The position numbers were made by a program, and so were the translations under genes. Below, piece after piece: positions 57,462 through 64,000 of a stretch of DNA of 64,000 nucleotides (positions within the stretch are counted from its first letter, which is position 1; every line of letters starts with the position of its first letter). The notes beneath the pieces were generated by a model, which was not told the origin of the DNA, did no database searches, and worked only from the letters and a program-made list of their open reading frames with translations. The stretch is from an uncultured Planctomycetota bacterium (GTDB lineage Bacteria; Planctomycetota; UBA11346), in the NCBI GenBank assembly GCA_903902515.1, contig CAIUVD010000326.1, forward strand, positions 2,350 to 66,349. Reading direction: 5' to 3'.

Positions 57462-58996
57462 TGCCACCCCCTGACCTTCCCCCGGGCAACCTGCTCACCG
57501 AATCCCTGTTCGGGGTCGTGGACCTCCATGGAAACCGACACCATCTGACGCTCCCCGGCGTGCTTGCCCGTTTGGCCGACCCGGCCGCGACCACCATCGG
57601 CTTCACCGCTCTGCAGGCCCATCAATCCCATGCCTGGCATGCCTTCCTGGTGCAATTGGCGGCCATGGTCCTGCACCGGGCAGGGGTGACGGACCCACCC
57701 ACGGACGCCGCGTGGTGGGGTGACCGATTGCGTGAACTCGGAAGTGGCGAGGAGGCCTGGACCCTGGTGGTGGAGGACCTGTCGAAACCCGCGTTCATGC
57801 AGCCGCCGGTGCCAGAATTAAACTTGCAAGGCTTCAATGTCGCCGACTCATTTTCATCGGAATGTGACCTTCCCCAGACCGCTCGAAATCACGATTACAA
57901 AGTCAAAAATAACCCGGGCGATGCTGCCCATTGGATCTACGGACTGATATCGGTTCAAACCTGTCAGAACTATTCTGGGGCCACTAAATACGGAATTATT
58001 CGCATGAACGGTGGAACCGGCAGTCGGTTAGCTACCGGCGTGACCGTGGGGCTGGATGTAGGTCATCACTTTCGGAAGGATGTTCATGCCATCCTCGAAG
58101 CTCGCCCGGACATTTACGAGGCGGCTGGATTCGCCCCTGACCATGGAATCTGTCTTCTCTGGCAAGAGTCTTGGGACGGAAAATCGGGTTTGCCCGTGTC
58201 CACCTTGGATCCATTCGTCATTGAGATTTGCCGAAGATTACGGCTTATGCCTCGTAAAAACGGCATGCTCCTCCACGCAATCGGTTCAGAAACCGAACGG
58301 ATCATCATTCCCCGAGATAAAAAACAGTGGCGCATACGAAATGCACATGGCGACCCGTGGACACCCGTTGAAAAAGCCGACAGCAAAGCCGTCTCGATGA
58401 CGGAGCGGGGATTCACATATTCTGCAACAGTTAAGATCCTTCTTTCATCGGATGTTACTCGGCCGCCATCGCGCTTCCTCGCTGCGGGGGAATCCGGTGA
58501 TGCTCGGTGGTATGGCAAGGTTTTGGTCAAAGGAGGACAAGGAAAAATCGGTGCGTGGCACGAACGAGAGGTACCGATCCCAGGACACCTACGCTCCCGC
58601 TTTGCCCGCCCCGAAGGTCGCGATGCCCTAGCTATCGTCGCCAAAGACATGATCGACCTCGCCGCCACCATGCGGCTCAAGATCCTCAAGTCGGCCCTGA
58701 CCGCCCTGTGGGAGGATGCCGAGGGCCGCATCGATCAAGCCCTCGCACGTCTGGAACAGGCCGTCGATGCCTGTTTCTTTGACCACCTGTGGGCCCATCC
58801 CGACGATCCCACCCCGTGGCGGACTGTCCTGGCAGACCTCGCCAGGCAGATCCTCGACGAGGACTGCGCTCTGGTCGGCCCAGCGGCCGATCGCTGGCAA
58901 CGCCTAAGCGCCGCCGAAAGCCGCTTCACCTGGCACCTCCATCACAACCCCAAACACGGGCCCTTCCTGCCCCGGATCACCCATGCCACCCCCTGA
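57461..58996 (+). CDS. casA: Type I-E Cascade large subunit Cas8e (Cse1/CasA)
   Basis: ALQAHQ.HAWHAFLVQL, AFMQPP, RMNGG, LLW...W, IEICRRLRL and GDPW; position after cas3. Confidence 0.88.
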   Translation: MPPPDLPPGNLLTESLFGVVDLHGNRHHLTLPGVLARLADPAATTIGFTALQAHQSHAWHAFLVQLAAMVLHRAGVTDPPTDAAWWGDRLRELGSGEEAWTLVVEDLSKPAFMQPPVPELNLQGFNVADSFSSECDLPQTARNHDYKVKNNPGDAAHWIYGLISVQTCQNYSGATKYGIIRMNGGTGSRLATGVTVGLDVGHHFRKDVHAILEARPDIYEAAGFAPDHGICLLWQESWDGKSGLPVSTLDPFVIEICRRLRLMPRKNGMLLHAIGSETERIIIPRDKKQWRIRNAHGDPWTPVEKADSKAVSMTERGFTYSATVKILLSSDVTRPPSRFLAAGESGDARWYGKVLVKGGQGKIGAWHEREVPIPGHLRSRFARPEGRDALAIVAKDMIDLAATMRLKILKSALTALWEDAEGRIDQALARLEQAVDACFFDHLWAHPDDPTPWRTVLADLARQILDEDCALVGPAADRWQRLSAAESRFTWHLHHNPKHGPFLPRITHATP

Positions 58997-59486
58997 TGTG
59001 CCTCTCATGACCGCTCCCCCGAGTCTGGCCTCCCTCATCGGCCGTTTGGCGGCCCGGGTCGGCAGCCTGGGTGCCGGGCCCCGGGCAGAACTTCGCCGCC
59101 TGCATCCGGATGCCTCGGACCGTTGGCGGGCGGAGACCTTTTACCGTCTTTACGCCGAGGTCATCGCCCCCGAGGGCGCGGGCGGGGACCTCCACGAACG
59201 CCGGTGGGCCATCCTGCTGGCGGGTCTGGCGGCCCTGGAGCATGCCCCCGGTTCCGCCCTCGGGCGAGTCCTGGCTGAATCCGGCTTTGCCCCGGCCCGG
59301 TTCACCCGGCTCCTTGATGCCGACGACGACCACCTGCCGGACCAGATACGGGCCGTGGTGTCCTACCTCGGCTCGAAGGGCCAGACCGTCAACTGGACCG
59401 ATGTTGCCCATCTGCTGCTGGATGGCGACCGCGATGCGGTTCGTCGTCGTATCGCTGCCACCTACTACCGCTTTTCCAAGGCCTAA
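58983..59486 (+). CDS. casB: Type I-E small subunit Cas11 (Cse2/CasB)
   Basis: RAELRR, LGRVLA..GF...RF.RLL, VNW and RRRIA.TYY; alternative start at 59007. Confidence 0.88.
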   Translation: MPPPDVPLMTAPPSLASLIGRLAARVGSLGAGPRAELRRLHPDASDRWRAETFYRLYAEVIAPEGAGGDLHERRWAILLAGLAALEHAPGSALGRVLAESGFAPARFTRLLDADDDHLPDQIRAVVSYLGSKGQTVNWTDVAHLLLDGDRDAVRRRIAATYYRFSKA

Positions 59487-59489
59487 ACC

Positions 59490-60701
59490 ATGTCTGCCCG
59501 CTTTCTTCAGTTCCATACCCTCACCTCTTTCCCCGCCAGCCTGCTGAATCGCGACGATGCGGGTCTGGCCAAGCAGATCCCCTTCGGCGGCAGCGTCCGC
59601 ACGCGCATCAGCAGCCAGTGCCTCAAGCGCCACTGGCGGACCTTCGAGGGGGACCACGACCTCAAGACCATCGCGGGGGATATGGGCCTGTCCGTCCGAT
59701 CCCGCGAGGCTTTCCGTCGCAAGGTGGCCCAACCGCTGATCGCCGATGGCCTGGATCCGGCCAAGGTCGAGGCGGTCGTCGGGGCCTTGATGCGCCAAGC
59801 CCTGGGGGAAAGCGCCAAGAAGGCCAAGGGCCGGGCGGCCGCCGATGCCGGGGGCGAAGCGGATGCCGAAGTCCCGGCCAAGGACGCCAAAGCGAAGAAA
59901 GACGACGGCGATGCCCTCCACACGGGGCAGATCGTGGTCCTCGGAGAACGCGAACTGGCCTTCGTTCGCGCCACCGCGGCCGCCGTCATCGCCGAGATCA
60001 AAGACCTCAAAAAGGTCGATGACGCGGTGAAGGCCGCCCTCGGCAAGGAAGCCCTGGCCAACCTCAAGGCTACGACCAATGCCGGCCTCGATGCGGCCGT
60101 CTTTGGTCGGATGGTGACCAGCGACAATCTGGCCCGCTGCGATGCAGCCATCCATGTCGCCCACAGCTTCACCGTTCACGCCTCCCAGAGCGAAGCCGAC
60201 TACTTTACGGCCATGGATGACCTGACCCTGGAGGCCGGCGAAGGCGGTTCCGGCCACATTAACAGCACCGACCTGACCACTGGCTTGTTCTACGGCTATG
60301 TGGTCGTCGATGTCGACCTGCTGGTGAAGAACCTCGGTGGGGACCGGGCCCTGGCGGCCAGCGTGGTGGAATCCATCCCCCATTTGATCGCGACCGTGTC
60401 GCCCGGGGCGAAGTTGGGATCCACCGCGCCCCACAGTTTCGCCCATCTGCTGCTGGCCGAGGCCGGCAACCGCCAGCCCTGCACCCTGGCCAATGCCTTC
60501 CTGGGATCGGTACCCCTGAAGGGCAATCTCCTGGAAACGACCTATGCCCGCTTGGCCCAGGAAGCCGGGGATCTGGATGCCAACTTTGGTTCGACCCCTG
60601 CACGGACGGCCATGATCCGGGGCGCCCCGTTCCCCCTCCCCGGCCTCGCGCCGACCTCCTTGCCGACGGTGGCCGCCTGGTGTGCGGACCAGGTGCGGTG
60701 A
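59490..60701 (+). CDS. casC: Type I-E Cas7 (Cse4/CasC)
   Basis: LNRDD.G..K, RISSQCLKRHWR, AVFGRMV, VAHSFT, DYFTAMDDL and FYGY. Confidence 0.95.
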   Translation: MSARFLQFHTLTSFPASLLNRDDAGLAKQIPFGGSVRTRISSQCLKRHWRTFEGDHDLKTIAGDMGLSVRSREAFRRKVAQPLIADGLDPAKVEAVVGALMRQALGESAKKAKGRAAADAGGEADAEVPAKDAKAKKDDGDALHTGQIVVLGERELAFVRATAAAVIAEIKDLKKVDDAVKAALGKEALANLKATTNAGLDAAVFGRMVTSDNLARCDAAIHVAHSFTVHASQSEADYFTAMDDLTLEAGEGGSGHINSTDLTTGLFYGYVVVDVDLLVKNLGGDRALAASVVESIPHLIATVSPGAKLGSTAPHSFAHLLLAEAGNRQPCTLANAFLGSVPLKGNLLETTYARLAQEAGDLDANFGSTPARTAMIRGAPFPLPGLAPTSLPTVAAWCADQVR

Positions 60702-61441
60702 TGCGGGTCCTCCTTCTTCGCCTGGAAGGTCCGCTGATGTCCTTCGGGGATGTCAAAGTGGATGCCCGCAACCCGACCCGGGATCATCCGGGTCTCGGCC
60801 AGATGACAGGCCTCTTGGGCAATGCCCTAGGCTATGACCATGCTGACGCTGACCGGCTGACCCGCCTCCAGGAACGCCTGCGGGTAGCCAGTCGGTGCGA
60901 GGTCGCCGGCACCCCCCTGCGGGATTATCAAACGGTCGACCTCGGTCAGCCGTTCATGCAGGAAGGCTGGACGACCCGCGGCCAGGTTGAAGGTCGCAAA
61001 GGTGGCACCGCCAGTGATGGCACCCACATTCGTCAACGACACTACCACGCCGACCGCCTACAGATGGTCGCCGTGACCCTGACCCCCAGCGACGAATTTC
61101 CGACCATCGATGAGGTGGCGGCGGCCCTTGATGCCCCGGCCCGGCCTCTGTTCCTGGGCCGTAAGGCGTGCCTGCCTTCAGGGCGGCTCAATGCCGGCCT
61201 CATTGAGGCACCCACGCTGCACGCAGCCCTGGAACAAGCGCCCCGGGATCGCCGGGCGGCTACCACATTCCTCTCGGCGTGGTGGCCCGAGGACCCCGCG
61301 ACCACGCCGCCTGCCGATAGCCGGGTGGTCGCCGTGGTGGACGAGCGGGATTGGCGGGGCCAAGTGGTGGTGGGCCGGCGTCTGGTGCGTCAGGGCCGGG
61401 TGAATCCGCCCCTGGCATCGGCGGAGGTGGCCCATGTCTGA
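60701..61441 (+). CDS. casD: Type I-E Cas5 (CasD)
   Basis: LRLEGPLMSFG, GLLGNALG, DYQTV, R.Y.AD and PLFLGRKAC. Confidence 0.95.
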   Translation: MRVLLLRLEGPLMSFGDVKVDARNPTRDHPGLGQMTGLLGNALGYDHADADRLTRLQERLRVASRCEVAGTPLRDYQTVDLGQPFMQEGWTTRGQVEGRKGGTASDGTHIRQRHYHADRLQMVAVTLTPSDEFPTIDEVAAALDAPARPLFLGRKACLPSGRLNAGLIEAPTLHAALEQAPRDRRAATTFLSAWWPEDPATTPPADSRVVAVVDERDWRGQVVVGRRLVRQGRVNPPLASAEVAHV

Positions 61442-62240
61442 TCTCCACCTCCTTCGGTTGGCCATCGACCCGGCGGGCCTCGCTCGTCTGGCCCGGCACC
61501 TGCACATTGCGGACGAGGACGACGCTGGCTATCGCCTGCATGCCCTGTTAGCCGGACTGTTCGGGGACGCCGCCCCCGCGCCCTGGCAGCGGGACGACCG
61601 CACCCCCACACGCCACCTGGTGCTGTGGGCGTATAGTTCCCTGACCTGGGATGCGCTCGCAACCCTGGCCCACGACCGCTTCACCGCACCGGATGCCGTG
61701 GGGTTAGACGCGGACCTCATCAGCCTGCTGCGAGGCGCCCTGGCCTGGGAAGCCTGCGCCAGCAAACCGGTCGTGCCCCTGGCCCAGGGGCGGACCATCG
61801 CCTTTGACCTGCGGGCCTGCGCCGTGGTTCGCCTGCACCGGGACCTGCCGGGGATTCCGGCAACGGGGGATCATGGGGCGATTGCCGCCCGCAAGGCGGG
61901 GAATGAGGTCGATGTGCTCATCGCGGAGGCTCTCCGCCAGCAGGTGCATCCGTCAGCCCTGCCCACTGAAACCATTTACCAAACTTGGCTTGCCTCAGCC
62001 CTGGGCCGGACGAATGGCAGCACGGTGGAACACCTGCAACTCACCGGGCAACGCACCATCAGCGGCCTTCGCCGCCACCAGGCCGGCGGACGGCGGCCGA
62101 TTCACCTGCCCGAGGTCCGCGCCACCGGAACGCTGACCATCACCGATCCCGTCGCCTGGGCCGCGACCCTAGCCCGGGGCATTGGCCGCCATCGTGCCTT
62201 CGGCTTCGGGATGTTGCTCCTGAGACCAGTGGCGGGATAA
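61434..62240 (+). CDS. casE: Type I-E Cas6e (Cse3/CasE)
   Basis: Y.LH..L..LFG, FDLRAC, GTLTITDP and GIGRHRAFGFGML (G-loop). Confidence 0.93.
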   Translation: MSDLHLLRLAIDPAGLARLARHLHIADEDDAGYRLHALLAGLFGDAAPAPWQRDDRTPTRHLVLWAYSSLTWDALATLAHDRFTAPDAVGLDADLISLLRGALAWEACASKPVVPLAQGRTIAFDLRACAVVRLHRDLPGIPATGDHGAIAARKAGNEVDVLIAEALRQQVHPSALPTETIYQTWLASALGRTNGSTVEHLQLTGQRTISGLRRHQAGGRRPIHLPEVRATGTLTITDPVAWAATLARGIGRHRAFGFGMLLLRPVAG

Positions 62241-62247
62241 TCCGGCC

Positions 62248-62568
62248 ATGACCATCGACGACCTCCCCTTCGATCGCAAGGCCCTCGCCAACTTGTGCCG
62301 CCAGCGCGGGATCCTGCGGCTCGAAGTCTTTGGGAGTTTCGCTCGGGGAACTGCCGGACCGACCAGCGATGTCGACGTGCTGGTGACCTTCGATCCTGCG
62401 GTATCCCTGGGCTGGACCTATTGGGGCATCCCGGATGAGTTGTCCGCCGTGTTCGGCCGCCCCGTCGACATGCTGACCCGTGCCGTGGTCGAGACCGATC
62501 ACAACGCCGGATTCCGCGCCAGCGTCCTGGCGACCACCGAGGACCTCTACCATGCTGCTGCCGCCTGA
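62248..62568 (+). CDS. Minimal nucleotidyltransferase antitoxin (MntA-like)
   Basis: FGSFARGTAGPTSDVDVLV matches GSx10DxD; FGRPVDMLT. Confidence 0.9.
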   Translation: MTIDDLPFDRKALANLCRQRGILRLEVFGSFARGTAGPTSDVDVLVTFDPAVSLGWTYWGIPDELSAVFGRPVDMLTRAVVETDHNAGFRASVLATTEDLYHAAAA

Positions 62569-62905
62569 CCGGCACCGACTGGTCGATATGCGGCACTATG
62601 CCGCCAAAGCCCTGGCCTTCACGGACGGACTGACGGAAGTGGCTTTTCTAGCGGATGAACTGCGGTTATTTGCGACCATCCGCTGTATCGAGGTAATCGG
62701 CGAAGCCGCCTCGAAGGTCAGCAAAGAGACCCGGGAACAGCACCCCGAACTCCCGTGGGTTTTCATGGCCCCCATGCGCCACATCTGCATCCATGAGTAC
62801 GGGCGCGTCGATCCGCTGCGCATTTGGCAGACCGTCCGGTTCTCTTTGCCAGATTTGGTGGCCCACCTTGACCGCATCCTGGCCGAACCGGATTCCAGGC
62901 CCTGA
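62552..62905 (+). CDS. HEPN/DUF86 ribonuclease toxin (HepT-like)
   Basis: IEVIGEAA, P.LPW, MRHICIHEY (Rx4HxY) and IWQTV...LP.L. Confidence 0.88.
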   Translation: MLLPPDRHRLVDMRHYAAKALAFTDGLTEVAFLADELRLFATIRCIEVIGEAASKVSKETREQHPELPWVFMAPMRHICIHEYGRVDPLRIWQTVRFSLPDLVAHLDRILAEPDSRP

Positions 62906-63777
62906 TGCTGCGCGGGCGCCTGGGTCTGGAGACCGCCCGGGTTCCCCACGGGGACCGTCACGGTCTGTTGTGGCTGTCGTTCGGGAATCTGACGGTTGAT
63001 GACGGCTGCCTGCGCTTCACCGCCGCCGGGGGCCATGACCTGGCCGCCGGGGATTATCAGATACCCCATCAAACCCTCTCACTGATCTTGCTGGGACCGG
63101 GAACCACCATCAGTCAGGATGCCCTGCGCCTCTGTGCCCGGCATGGTACCGGGGTGGTCGCGGTGGGTGACGGCGGCGTTCGGATGTATTCAGCCCCACC
63201 CCTGGGACCCGACCAATCCCAAGCCGCTCGGGCCCAGGTCCGACTGTGGAGCGACCTGAACGGCGGACGGATGCTGGTGGCCCGCAACATGTACGCCCTG
63301 CGTTTTGGGGAGATGCTGCCCGCCACCGACATTGAAGCCCTGCGCGGCATCGAAGGCGGACGGGTGAAGGAATCCTACCGCCGGATCGCCCAGCAGTTTG
63401 GCATCCCTTGGCAAGGCCGCCGCTACGACCGCAACGATCCTGAGGGGGCCGACGCCCCCAACCAGGCCATCAACCATGCCGCCACCGCCGTCGAGGCCGC
63501 CGCCATGATTGCCGTCGCCGCCACGGGAACGATCCCCGCCCTCGGCTTCATCCACGAAGATTCCGGCATGAGTTGGATCCTCGACATCGCGGATCTTGCC
63601 CGAGCCGACACCACCATCCCGGTGGCCTTCGCCGCCGTCAAAGCCGCCAGTGCCGACCCCAGCGTCCCCCTCGAACGCCATGTCCGGCGCTGCGCCAACG
63701 CCGCCTTCCGCAAACAGGCCCTGATCCCCCGGTTCATCGACAACATCCACCACCTCCTCGACCTTCCGACCACCTGA
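62905..63777 (+). CDS. cas1: Type I-E Cas1 integrase
   Basis: LGPGTTIS, MYALRF, LRGIEGGRV, W.GRRYD, LGFIH and DIADL. Confidence 0.96.
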   Translation: MLRGRLGLETARVPHGDRHGLLWLSFGNLTVDDGCLRFTAAGGHDLAAGDYQIPHQTLSLILLGPGTTISQDALRLCARHGTGVVAVGDGGVRMYSAPPLGPDQSQAARAQVRLWSDLNGGRMLVARNMYALRFGEMLPATDIEALRGIEGGRVKESYRRIAQQFGIPWQGRRYDRNDPEGADAPNQAINHAATAVEAAAMIAVAATGTIPALGFIHEDSGMSWILDIADLARADTTIPVAFAAVKAASADPSVPLERHVRRCANAAFRKQALIPRFIDNIHHLLDLPTT

Positions 63778-63778
63778 C

Positions 63779-64000
63779 ATGGTGGTCATCGTCACCCGCG
63801 ATGCCGCCGACCGGACCCGCGGCTTCCTCGCCAGTTGCCTGCTGGAAATCGCCCCCGGCGTCTACGTGGGCCCCCGCATGAACCCCGCTGTCCGGGAACG
63901 GGTCTGGGCCGTCCTCTGTGAATGGCAGCCCCTGACCGGCGGCTCCGTGGTCATGACCTGGAACGATCACCGGGCCATTGGTGGTCTTGGCCTCGCCGTC
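63779..64000 (+). CDS. cas2: Type I-E Cas2 (runs off the window end)
   Basis: MVVIVTRDAADRTRGFLASCLLEIAPGVYVGPRMNPAVRERVW. Confidence 0.93.
   Translation, partial: MVVIVTRDAADRTRGFLASCLLEIAPGVYVGPRMNPAVRERVWAVLCEWQPLTGGSVVMTWNDHRAIGGLGLAV

Noticed and set aside
54834..62240. Novel nuclease fusions (e.g. HNH) in Cascade subunits
   Set aside because: Cas3, Cas8e, Cas11, Cas7, Cas5 and Cas6e are all of ordinary length with no extra domain motifs visible
54834..64000. Type I-E CRISPR array
   Set aside because: No regularly spaced ~29-bp repeats are seen; an array would be expected beyond cas2, outside the window

Overview
High-GC bacterial chromosome segment. The gene content suggests the PVC superphylum/Planctomycetota, but that is inference. 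Bases 1-50,000 are mostly housekeeping genes: pheS, ilvD, glmM-like, prfA, gyrA, tsaC/sua5, a DksA-like protein, pcrA/uvrD, panC, folC, cdaA-cdaR, folP, moaC, uvrB, xseA, dgt, rpe, trxA, sfsA and ampG. This stretch also holds an envelope/phospho-signalling cluster (17.5-28.9 kb) and a REP-associated tyrosine transposase (RAYT) coupled on both sides inside the prfA-glmM operon. From about 53.4 kb the window is a defence hotspot. It starts with a decayed Myxan-type cas4(-cas1) pseudogene, an orphan FitA-like antitoxin, a single type I-G-like CRISPR repeat and an IS4 relic abutting that repeat. An intact type I-E operon follows: cas3-cas8e-cas11-cas7-cas5-cas6e-[MNT-HEPN]-cas1-cas2. Its two most notable features are a translationally coupled MntA/HepT toxin-antitoxin pair between cas6e and cas1, and a low-GC mosaic core in cas8e. 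The I-E CRISPR array is not within the window. All calls come from reading motifs by eye; no searches were run.
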